NCBI GenBank assembly: GCA_963977655.1 | Contig: CAXBPV010000016.1 | Location: 16,960 to 80,959 of the forward strand | Origin: an uncultured Halieaceae bacterium | GTDB taxonomy: Bacteria > Pseudomonadota > Gammaproteobacteria > Pseudomonadales > Halieaceae | Reading direction: 5' to 3' | DNA: 64,000 nucleotides | In this document: one piece after another, positions 54,815-63,303 of the stretch | Position numbering within the stretch: position 1 is the stretch's first letter | How the letters are laid out: the number at the start of each line of letters is the position of its first letter | Notes under the pieces: generated by a model | The model's input: the letters and a program-made list of their open reading frames with translations, nothing else | The model's database searches: none | Told to the model about the DNA's origin: nothing | Position numbers and translations under genes: made by a program

Positions 54815-55765
54815 TCAGGCCACCGTATCAGTCGGTTTTTTCCGCGCCCAGTAAACTACCGAGTAAAAGAGTGCCATACCCACGGGCAAATCGAGAAACG
54901 TCGTCCAGGTAAGCCAAAAATCTTCGGAGAAATTCTCTGCCACCAAGTAGTTCGCACCCGCCATGATGATGCCGGTCAGGCTTATCCCGATCGCAATTCG
55001 GTCGTGATGCAATGGCATCGGCATGTAGCGCTCAATGCGCCCGCCAAAATAGGCTCCCTTGCGTAGCAATCCATCGGCCATGAACAGGCTGGCGGTGAGG
55101 AGCCCGAGAATGGTGCTCTTCATTTGTACCCAGTAATCGTCCTGAAACGCCAGCGAAAACCCGGCAGAGATCAATAACATGATCGTGCCAAAAACGGCGA
55201 AGCCCCCGAGCAGGTCCACTTTTACAAACCGCTGTGCCACGACCAGTCCCAGGCCGGCCCCGGCGCCAACGATCGCGGCCAGTGCGAGGTCCTCGGTGAA
55301 CTTACCAACCAAATAGAACAGCGCACCCAGTGCCAGATCCGCATAGACCGAATATTTATTGCGCTGCCATTTGTTTTGGTTGGTCTCAGCCATGGAGCGC
55401 ATTTTTGCAGCAGCACTGTCGCTAGACTCTGCATCAAGGCCCATCATCTTTTTGAGCAAGGCCTCGCCATAATGCACATCTCGACCGGGATGACTCTCGT
55501 ACACGATGTCCTCCCCTTCGATCACGGCAATAGCGATGTTCCACCAGTTGTAGTAACCCGACTTAACGCACGCAGTTTTACCCAAAGCGCCCGGTAACGA
55601 GTGCACGAAGGTAGTGGCGCCTGCCGAGAAGGCCAGCGACTGCTCATCCACCAACTCGTTGTTAACAAACAGTCGGGAGATGGTCGCTTTAAATGTCATC
55701 GAGACCTCAACCACGCAGTCGAGGCCCCGATATTCAAAGGGACGTATATAAGTCCAGACTCGCAT
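54815..55765 (-). CDS. IspZ/YciB-like (intracellular septation protein A family) membrane domain fused to an unknown N-terminal domain of about 150 aa
   Basis: The C-terminal 190 aa have five TM helices whose spacing resembles E. coli YciB. The N-terminal soluble domain has no recognised family. Start moved to ATG 55765. Confidence 0.5.
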   Translation of the reverse strand: MRVWTYIRPFEYRGLDCVVEVSMTFKATISRLFVNNELVDEQSLAFSAGATTFVHSLPGALGKTACVKSGYYNWWNIAIAVIEGEDIVYESHPGRDVHYGEALLKKMMGLDAESSDSAAAKMRSMAETNQNKWQRNKYSVYADLALGALFYLVGKFTEDLALAAIVGAGAGLGLVVAQRFVKVDLLGGFAVFGTIMLLISAGFSLAFQDDYWVQMKSTILGLLTASLFMADGLLRKGAYFGGRIERYMPMPLHHDRIAIGISLTGIIMAGANYLVAENFSEDFWLTWTTFLDLPVGMALFYSVVYWARKKPTDTVA

Positions 55766-56183
55766 ATTGTCAGGGTCCCGATGCAGCAATCTTGGGTGCG
55801 CGAAAATCGGCGGCGCGCACCCACCCACACATGTTATGTCAATTCAGAGCAGGCATTATAGGTTGGCGCGGGCGGGGAGCAACTGAAGCCCATTTACCGC
55901 TTCTTTGATGATGAGATCGGGTCGCCTGAGCGACACCGGCTCAAGATCTGAATACTGGAACTCGGGTCGACTGCTTGCGCCTGAACGGCCGTTTGCTGTT
56001 CGGTAAGTACGAATGCAACACCCAAACCGGCACCCACGGCCACCCTCATTCATTGCAAGATCCATCGCGCGATCGCCCTGTTCCCTTGCTCTATTTGTAA
56101 AGTCGCATACTGGCAATCTCATCACTGCAGCAAAGAATTTCTGGCTATCATGGACTGGCAAAGGTAGGCAATCACACACTCTT

Positions 56184-56924
56184 ATGAAAATAACACAACA
56201 AACGCCGGCCACACGCCGGCACGCAACCCGTCGCGGAACAATAGAGTATCGGATCGATAATCCCGCCTTCCCCAGCGGCATATGGGGACGAGAACACTTT
56301 ACGCTGACCCGTCATACCAACGGTGATCGCGTGCTGCGCGCTTTTTGCGAACTTGATGACGAGCCGGCACTGATTCGCGATGTGATTCAGCGCGTGGATG
56401 CAGAGTTCCACCCCCAGGACTGTGTGGTGCGGCTTACCGAGGATGATTCGTTTAAGGGATCTACCTGGTATCACATCACTGATGATGAGATCAGCTATCA
56501 GGGGTTAACCAGTGCCGAGGGCCGTATTTCAGGACAGCTGGATATCGATCGCTCCATTCGTGGCTTTGGTACCCATGCCCTCAACTCCGATGCGTGGCTG
56601 GTTGCACGATTCGATCGCTCCGAGGGCCCGTGCCAGCGCACCTTTTATAACAGCCCACTGACCTCGCTCGATCACCGCGGAGCCACTGGGCCGGCGCTTG
56701 TGTGCTCGCAGGGCACCACCATCGAATACTTTGGTGAAGAGAACGTGTCAGTGCCTGCAGGCACCTTCGCGTGTCACCACTTTGCCTACGTGGTAGTGGC
56801 CACCGATCACCCCGAGTATCACCTATGGGTCACGACAGACGGTGACTTTGTCTTTGTAAAAGGCACGGTCGAGGCGCCCTATGACTGGTCATTCGAGCTC
56901 ACCGAACTCATCGAGACCGCTTGA
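56184..56924 (+). CDS. uncharacterised cytosolic protein, paralog A (same family as 62457-63209)
   Basis: Start moved to ATG 56184. It shares blocks with paralog B: GRE.FT.T, LRA.CE.DDEP, RDVI, FGTH, TSLDHRGATGP.LV, IEY.G.E, AGTF and WVT.D. Confidence 0.55.
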   Translation: MKITQQTPATRRHATRRGTIEYRIDNPAFPSGIWGREHFTLTRHTNGDRVLRAFCELDDEPALIRDVIQRVDAEFHPQDCVVRLTEDDSFKGSTWYHITDDEISYQGLTSAEGRISGQLDIDRSIRGFGTHALNSDAWLVARFDRSEGPCQRTFYNSPLTSLDHRGATGPALVCSQGTTIEYFGEENVSVPAGTFACHHFAYVVVATDHPEYHLWVTTDGDFVFVKGTVEAPYDWSFELTELIETA

Positions 56925-56933
56925 GGGCAGATC

Positions 56934-57650
56934 TCAGGTTGGGTGTCGGCTCTGACTAGCAAAAACCAGCCACTCTGCGCCCTGCTCTCCGGCGGTAAGT
57001 GAGTGGGTTTGATCTGCGCTTACACACAAGAACTCTCCTGCAGACGCCGACACGTCATCGTCGAGGGCCAGACTGCCTTGCAGCAGGTAGCCAACGTAGT
57101 CGAAGCCCATTGAAAACCCTGTTTGCACGTCATCAGCACGCATCTTCATACGGAAAATCAGCGGCCCCTCGTCGGGCATCTGACTCCATTCCGATAGCGG
57201 ATCTGAGGGGGTCACAATCGGCATGTCCTCGACCCGTCGACGGCCGGCGGGCTGCTTGAATTGACTGAGTCGTTGCGTCAGCGCCTCGGGCACCTCATAC
57301 AAGTCCGCCCAATTCAGACCGATATCACCGCCTAAGCTGAACAGGTGAAACTGCACCCCCTCCTCGCCTGATTCCTCAGGACCATAAGCGTGCCCAGCCT
57401 TGACCCAGCGAATATCACCCGGTCGAAAACTGCCCTCATCGCCGATGCGCATCTCTCCCCGGGTAATCAGGTAAATGGTGTCATGCGGGTGCCAATGCAA
57501 ACCCGCATAAAAGTTGGCGGGGAAGTCCGCCTCGATGAGAAATGGCTCGCTAGTGCGCAGTATCCGCGTTGGAGTCGTCGGTCGGCCATGGGGGTCGTGA
57601 AAAGACTCCCACTCCAAATCGTCGGGGCGAATGTGTTCAAGCGCCGTCAT
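56934..57650 (-). CDS. bicupin-domain protein
   Basis: 238 aa. First cupin motif GLHWHPHDTIYLITRG...G and a second degenerate cupin in the C-terminal half. Confidence 0.6.
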   Translation of the reverse strand: MTALEHIRPDDLEWESFHDPHGRPTTPTRILRTSEPFLIEADFPANFYAGLHWHPHDTIYLITRGEMRIGDEGSFRPGDIRWVKAGHAYGPEESGEEGVQFHLFSLGGDIGLNWADLYEVPEALTQRLSQFKQPAGRRRVEDMPIVTPSDPLSEWSQMPDEGPLIFRMKMRADDVQTGFSMGFDYVGYLLQGSLALDDDVSASAGEFLCVSADQTHSLTAGEQGAEWLVFASQSRHPT

Positions 57651-58137
57651 ACCCTGCTCCGTTTTCTTGCCGTGCAGTCAGCGACTGCTGATAAAAATTT
57701 TGCAGATACGCCAGCAGGCCGTCACCGATAACCTCGATGAGCAAGCCGGCGGGATCCTGAAAATAACCCTGAGGGTCTCCTGACTGACCCAGCACGCGCG
57801 TATACCCCTGTGCCTCCAGTTGCCGGCAGGCTGCCACCGAGTCTGCGCTGTGAAAACACAAATGGTGCTGAACCATAGCGCTCTGAGTCACCCAAGGCGT
57901 ATCGGGGACGGCTTCGATCAACTCAAAGTTGGCCTGCCCATTGCTGGCGTGGGCAATGCGCAGCGGCAGGTTGACGGGTTGACCGAACACGACCAGAGAC
58001 CAATCCTCGCGTTCAACGCCGACCCAGCAGACGTTCAGCATCGATGACAGCCGGCGTTTGGCCGACTCGATGTCCCGGCACACCAATCCAGTGTGCACAA
58101 GCTGCAGACCCTCTAGAGGAGCATGTTGTGCCGTCAT
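57637..58137 (-). CDS. VOC-family (glyoxalase/bleomycin-resistance/extradiol-dioxygenase fold) protein
   Basis: 166 aa with paired beta-alpha-beta-beta-beta modules (L.HTGLV..D.E.A), then H.CF and the motif G...E.I. Overlaps the cupin start by 14 nt. Confidence 0.65.
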   Translation of the reverse strand: MTAQHAPLEGLQLVHTGLVCRDIESAKRRLSSMLNVCWVGVEREDWSLVVFGQPVNLPLRIAHASNGQANFELIEAVPDTPWVTQSAMVQHHLCFHSADSVAACRQLEAQGYTRVLGQSGDPQGYFQDPAGLLIEVIGDGLLAYLQNFYQQSLTARQENGAGYDGA

Positions 58138-58341
58138 GATGATGGATACCCCCTTTATCTTTATGTCACTTGGGCGATATGGCTAAAACACCGGAAGCCG
58201 CTGTTCGTCCACTGATTCATCTGCTTTCCTTATAGCAGCAACCAGCAGCAGACTGGATGCGCGCCCAAGGTCGTTGCATCATGGCCACTCATTGCGGCAG
58301 TGACTGATCACACTGTGGCGATTAATAAAAAGGAACGCAAC

Positions 58342-59160
58342 ATGACGGATCGACTTGTGGCTCTGGCATCGGGGGTCCATGACGGCAACCCGCCCGAGGT
58401 TTCCCCGGCTGACATGGTGCGCATTGCCAGCGATGCCGGGTACAACAGCGTCGGGCTGTGGGTCACCCCCAATGACAACTGGCCGCGATCAGTAACCAGC
58501 GAGGTAGCAACCGCGCTTCAAGAGACGGGCCTCGTTGCCCTCGATGTCGAGGTGATCTGGTTGCAACCCGGCGGCAAACCCGATCCGATGCACCACGAAA
58601 TCATCGCCATTGGCGGCGAGATCGGCGCCAAAAACTGTTTGATTGTGAGCTCGGAGCCTAACCGCGAGATCACCAAGCATTTATTCGAAGATCTGTGTGA
58701 GCACGCACAGCGCGCCGGCATGCGCGCCTGTCTTGAGTACATGGCCATTACCGAAGTAAAGACACTCGACGACGCTCTGGATGTCGTGACCGCGGTCGAC
58801 CATCCCGCCGGCGCGATTCTGGTCGATCCTTTTCACCACGAGCGGATCGGGCATGCGCCAGAAAGAATCCGCGACATACCGGATCGCTGGTTAAGTTACG
58901 CGCAACTCTGTGACATGCCCGAGCGCGGAGTGATCACCAACCCTGACGAGTACTTCATGGATGCCATTGATGGCCGGCTCGCACCGGGCGAGGGCAGCAT
59001 ACCTGTTGCCGAGATGGTCAAAGCGTTACCCGCCTACTTACCCATCAGTCTAGAGATCCGTTCGCTTTACTACCGCGAGCGGTATCCTGACCCTGTCGAG
59101 CGGGCCAGAGTGATTCTTGAGCGCACTCGGGCCTTCTTCGCCGGCATGGAAAACCAGTAG
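58342..59160 (+). CDS. xylose-isomerase-like TIM-barrel protein (sugar phosphate isomerase/epimerase family)
   Basis: Start moved to ATG 58342 (AAGGAA RBS). Metal-ligand pattern ...LEY....D.FH...LS.E typical of the AP_endonuc_2 fold. Confidence 0.75.
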   Translation: MTDRLVALASGVHDGNPPEVSPADMVRIASDAGYNSVGLWVTPNDNWPRSVTSEVATALQETGLVALDVEVIWLQPGGKPDPMHHEIIAIGGEIGAKNCLIVSSEPNREITKHLFEDLCEHAQRAGMRACLEYMAITEVKTLDDALDVVTAVDHPAGAILVDPFHHERIGHAPERIRDIPDRWLSYAQLCDMPERGVITNPDEYFMDAIDGRLAPGEGSIPVAEMVKALPAYLPISLEIRSLYYRERYPDPVERARVILERTRAFFAGMENQ

Positions 59161-60750
59161 ATGGCATTACTAACGCCACTTCAGGAGGGCATTAAGCTTC
59201 TCCACGAAGGCGACACCGACGGCGCGCGCCGAACGCTCTCCTCAATCTGGGAGGACGGTGGCAGCGACGCCGGTCAAGCAGCGCGTTTTATCGCTCATAT
59301 CGAAAAAGCTGAGCGACGCTACAGTGATGCCATCTTCATTCTTGAATCGTCACTGGAGAAGCTGGGTGACGATGCAGCAACGCTCGCGCAGCTCTCCGAG
59401 CTGTACATGACAATGGGCAACCATCACAAAGCCATTGAGGCGGCAACGCGATCTCTCAACGAAGTGCCGGACAACGCCGTCACAGCCCTGAATCGGGCTA
59501 TCTGGCAAAGCAATTACGAAGATCGGCCCTCGGAGATAAAAAAAGCCTTTGAACAGTGGTCCTCTCGTTACCTTCAACTCCCCTCCAGCGGTAGCCCGCT
59601 GCGTAGTGCCACCCAGACAGACAAGGCTTCCGTCCGGCCCCTACGGGTAGGCTACGTTTCGGGTGATTTCGGCAATCATCCGGTTCGATATTTTATAGAG
59701 CCTTACCTCAGGCTTCACGATTGCTCGCAATTCGAGATTCATGCCTTCATGACCTCTGAGGAAGATGAAGTGTCGCAGTTTCTGAAGGAGTGGGTGCCCC
59801 ACTGGCACAACGTTAAAGCGTTGGATAACAGCGCCCTTCTGAGCTTCATCAGATCACTGGAGATCGATATTCTCGTCGACCTCTCCGGTCACACGGAAGC
59901 ATCAAAACTCGAGGTGTTTGCGGCACGCGCTGCGCCCGTCCAAGTCACCTGGTGGGGCTTCGTCCACACACTGGGTATTAAAGAAATCGACTATCGACTG
60001 TCCGATTTTGAGACCTGCCCCCCGGGGGCCGAGAGACACTACACTGAAGCACTTTGTAGGATGGAGTGCCTCACCGCGTACACACCGCCAGTCAATTGCG
60101 ACACGCAATATCCATCACCCTGGCGGCGCAACCGCTATGTCACCATGATCAGCCTCAATCACACGCGAAAACTGAGCGAAGCTGCCCTGGATTGCTGGTG
60201 CGAAGTGCTTTTGCAAAACCCGAACTCCGGTTTGATTGTGGTCACTGCCGAGGGGAATGAAGCCGACACCCATAATTACTTCACTCCGAGATTGGTTGAG
60301 CGGGGTTTTCCGATGGACAGGGTCTCTGCAGTGCCCCGCTTGTCCATGCTGGAATATATGAACGTCGCATCCGTGGCTGACTTCGCACTGGACTCCTTCC
60401 CCGTATCGGGCGGCGTGACGACCTTGCATTCGCTTTGGATGGGCTTGCCTGTCCTTACGCTGACGCCAAAGAGCACCATCGCGATGCAAACCTATAGCGG
60501 TAACACGCTCCGGCTTGTCGGTCTGGATGAGTGTGTCACGAGCAGTAATCAGGAATTAATTTCCCGCGCCACTCAATGGATTCAGCATCCGGCGTTAATT
60601 GATCAATTGAGAGAGCGGACGCGCCCGAGTCTGGTGTCCAGCCCTTTCATGAACCTCGAAGCCCGAGTGAGGGAGCTCGAGGCCTGCTTTCGAGAAATGT
60701 GGCGGCGTTTTCTGCACAATGAACCTGTTACCGATCTCAGCGTGAGATGA
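59161..60750 (+). CDS. TPR-repeat protein with GT41 (O-GlcNAc-transferase/SPINDLY-like) glycosyltransferase domain
   Basis: N-terminal TPR helices. The C-terminal blocks RVGYVSGDFGNHPV, LVDLSGHT and VQVTWWGF are typical of GT41. The ATG directly abuts the upstream TAG. Confidence 0.7.
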   Translation: MALLTPLQEGIKLLHEGDTDGARRTLSSIWEDGGSDAGQAARFIAHIEKAERRYSDAIFILESSLEKLGDDAATLAQLSELYMTMGNHHKAIEAATRSLNEVPDNAVTALNRAIWQSNYEDRPSEIKKAFEQWSSRYLQLPSSGSPLRSATQTDKASVRPLRVGYVSGDFGNHPVRYFIEPYLRLHDCSQFEIHAFMTSEEDEVSQFLKEWVPHWHNVKALDNSALLSFIRSLEIDILVDLSGHTEASKLEVFAARAAPVQVTWWGFVHTLGIKEIDYRLSDFETCPPGAERHYTEALCRMECLTAYTPPVNCDTQYPSPWRRNRYVTMISLNHTRKLSEAALDCWCEVLLQNPNSGLIVVTAEGNEADTHNYFTPRLVERGFPMDRVSAVPRLSMLEYMNVASVADFALDSFPVSGGVTTLHSLWMGLPVLTLTPKSTIAMQTYSGNTLRLVGLDECVTSSNQELISRATQWIQHPALIDQLRERTRPSLVSSPFMNLEARVRELEACFREMWRRFLHNEPVTDLSVR

Positions 60751-60772
60751 ACACCCGGCAAAGGTCCACGTC

Positions 60773-62368
60773 ATGACACAGTCTCAGATACTGCCTACGG
60801 ATCTACTCAGAGAGCGAATACAGAAAGATGTCGATAGCAGAATAATAATCACTGACGCGGCCGAGATATCCCTGTACGCCTCTGACGTATACGCGCGCGG
60901 CACGCCTCCCGCTTTGGTCGTCAGGCCTGCCTTTTTGGAGCAGGTGGCACGCGTAGTGCAAATCGCAACCTCCATGGGCTATGCGATCACTCAGCGCGGC
61001 GGGGGGATGTCCTACACCGGGGGATACCTGCCCACGCAAACCAATACCCTCATGCTGGACCTCAGTGCACTCAATCAGATTATCAGTATTGATGAGGACG
61101 ACCTCGTTATCACCGTTGAGACAGGCGTGACCTGGCAGCAAATATGGGAAGCCCTGACCCCGCTTCGACTGCGCCTGCCTTTTTTTGGCACCTTCTCCGG
61201 GAGTCGCGCCACGGTGGGCGGCGGTTTGTCCAACGGAGCGCTCTTCATGGGAACTGCCCGTTATGGCAGCGCTGCCGACATTGTCGTGGGCATGGAAGTG
61301 ATCGACGCCCAGGGCCGGCGTATCCAAACCGGTCAAGCCGCTTTTCACAACGGTCGCCCGGGTTTTCGCCAATACGGGCCGGATCTCACCGGACTGTTTG
61401 TACATGACGCCGGTGCGCTGGGTGTAAAAACGCTCGCATCGCTGCGCATGATCCCAATGCCCGACGCCGCCGACTACGCGTCGTTTGCCTTCTCCTCCCA
61501 GCAGGAGGCCGTCGCTGCGCTCTCGGCCATCGGGCGCAGTGGCTATTGCGAGGAGGCGTACATTTTTGACCCGGCCACAACCCAGCGATCTCTCGACCCC
61601 GCCACACTGCAAAAGGATATCGGCCGGCTTGGGAACGTGATTCGCTCCCAATCCAGCATACTCAAGGGACTGCTCGAAGGCGCGAAGCTCATAATAGCAG
61701 GCAGGCGTTTTGTTGAAGGTTCTGTCTACACGCTTCATTGCGTTTGCGCAGGCCGCTCAATCGATGCCGTGCGCGATGACCGGCTTGGTGCAGTCAGGCT
61801 GGCGCTCGCCCACGGTGGCGTGGAGATCAGCAACACCATTCCCAAAGCTGCCAGAGCCAACCCCTTTGAGCCGCTGAACGGGATACTGGGCTCGCAGGGA
61901 GAGCGCTGGGCCGCACTCAACGCCAAAGTGCCCCACTCTGATGCCGAACACCTCATTGCCGCAACTGAAAAGGCGATTGAACCCTACCGGGAGGGCATGG
62001 CGGCCTGTGGCGTCACTATGAGCTTTCTGTATATCGCTATTGCTCAACACATATTTAGTTACGAGCCGGTGCTCAGGTGGTTTGATGAGTGGTTGCCGGT
62101 GCACCATCAGATTCCGGAACGGGAATTTCTGGCCGGACTGACAGAACCCGAACCCAATCCTGAAGGGCGCGCTCTGGTAGAAGAAATTCGGGGCAAGATC
62201 GTGGACGTATTTGCCGAGTTTGGCGCAGCCAGCAACCAGATTGGCAAAACCTATCCGATGCTGGCCAGCCTCAACCCGGAGACGCGCGCAGTTCTGAAGG
62301 CGCTGAAAGCCGAACTGGATCCGGATGGACTGATGAATCCGGGTGCCCTGGGTGATTTCTCAGCCTGA
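60773..62368 (+). CDS. FAD-binding (PCMH/FAD_binding_4-type) oxidase, GlcD/VAO-like
   Basis: 531 aa. N-terminal FAD-binding block P..VVRP......V..V...A......I..RGGGMSYTGG and a C-terminal DP.G..NPG tail. Confidence 0.85.
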   Translation: MTQSQILPTDLLRERIQKDVDSRIIITDAAEISLYASDVYARGTPPALVVRPAFLEQVARVVQIATSMGYAITQRGGGMSYTGGYLPTQTNTLMLDLSALNQIISIDEDDLVITVETGVTWQQIWEALTPLRLRLPFFGTFSGSRATVGGGLSNGALFMGTARYGSAADIVVGMEVIDAQGRRIQTGQAAFHNGRPGFRQYGPDLTGLFVHDAGALGVKTLASLRMIPMPDAADYASFAFSSQQEAVAALSAIGRSGYCEEAYIFDPATTQRSLDPATLQKDIGRLGNVIRSQSSILKGLLEGAKLIIAGRRFVEGSVYTLHCVCAGRSIDAVRDDRLGAVRLALAHGGVEISNTIPKAARANPFEPLNGILGSQGERWAALNAKVPHSDAEHLIAATEKAIEPYREGMAACGVTMSFLYIAIAQHIFSYEPVLRWFDEWLPVHHQIPEREFLAGLTEPEPNPEGRALVEEIRGKIVDVFAEFGAASNQIGKTYPMLASLNPETRAVLKALKAELDPDGLMNPGALGDFSA

Positions 62369-62456
62369 GATCTCTACCGCGCGCTGCTCAAGATAGCCGG
62401 CTCAAAATGGCCCTCCCAACGCACCCCGCTCAATCGGTGGGCAGGCTGGTCAATAG

Positions 62457-63209
62457 TTAGCCGTCGCCCCCATGGATCTCCAGTGAGACCAACTCATACT
62501 GAGTCATCATGTAGCCCGTGACCTGTGCCTTGAGTAATACAAATTCAGCATCGGCGGTAACCCACACTTCGTAGGGCGGATGCTCGTTGGTTTCGTTTGA
62601 ACCCTGAGCAGTGCTGCCCCTTTCCCCGTAGCAAAAGTGGAGGGCATCAAAGGTCCCGGCTCCGACCGTGATGGTCTCTGTACCCACGTATTCGATGATC
62701 ATGCCCGGTTGGTGCCAGACCAGCGAAGGTCCGGTCGCACCGCGATGGTCCAGCGATGTCATCAGGAAGCGATCGAATACATGAATGCCCGGGCCATCCT
62801 TGCGATCGATCACCGCCAGGTGCCACGCATCCCCCTGAATGGGGTGGGTCCCAAAGATCACCGGCCGCTCGTCATATGCCTGATGCTCGGAGAATCGTCC
62901 CCTTTCGTGGGTCCACCCCTCACAATCAGCGCCCTTGTCACCAAAATAGAACCAACTACTGCCCTGCTGTTCATCCCCCAGCGACAGACGCACAAAAGCA
63001 TCGAGGGTGTCCCAATGCTTGTTTTTGGTCAGGATCACATCGCGTAGCACATTGGGCTCGTCATCGATCTCACAATGAGCGCGCAGGGTGCGTCGCCCGT
63101 CGCCGTGAACAGTAATGGTAAAGAACTCGCGACCGCGCTCAACGCCCTCCTGGCCGGGCTTGCGGCTGGTGTAGTGGATATGTCCGCGCAGGGTTTTATG
63201 GGGGCGCAT
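62457..63209 (-). CDS. uncharacterised cytosolic protein, paralog B (same family as 56184-56924)
   Basis: Start moved to ATG 63209. See the shared blocks under paralog A. Confidence 0.55.
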   Translation of the reverse strand: MRPHKTLRGHIHYTSRKPGQEGVERGREFFTITVHGDGRRTLRAHCEIDDEPNVLRDVILTKNKHWDTLDAFVRLSLGDEQQGSSWFYFGDKGADCEGWTHERGRFSEHQAYDERPVIFGTHPIQGDAWHLAVIDRKDGPGIHVFDRFLMTSLDHRGATGPSLVWHQPGMIIEYVGTETITVGAGTFDALHFCYGERGSTAQGSNETNEHPPYEVWVTADAEFVLLKAQVTGYMMTQYELVSLEIHGGDG

Positions 63210-63303
63210 GGCTTGCTCCGCTAACGATTGCTTGGCTTTGCCATGGTGCCACAAAGCGCTTAAGGTGTGCGGCAATACGCGGCCTCGGGACGCAACGATA
63301 ACC

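Noticed and set aside
55856-56281. 141-aa minus-strand ORF in the spacer before paralog A.
   Set aside because: It has Cys/Arg-rich composition, overlaps the well-supported start of the 56184 gene, and has no RBS. It is kept only as a possible gene remnant (see the finding on 55766-56183).
60803-61738. 311-aa minus-strand ORF inside the FAD-oxidase gene.
   Set aside because: The plus-strand frame carries the FAD_binding_4 signature (RGGGMSYTGG) and a continuous 531-aa ORF. The antisense product is Arg/Gly-rich with no recognisable motif.
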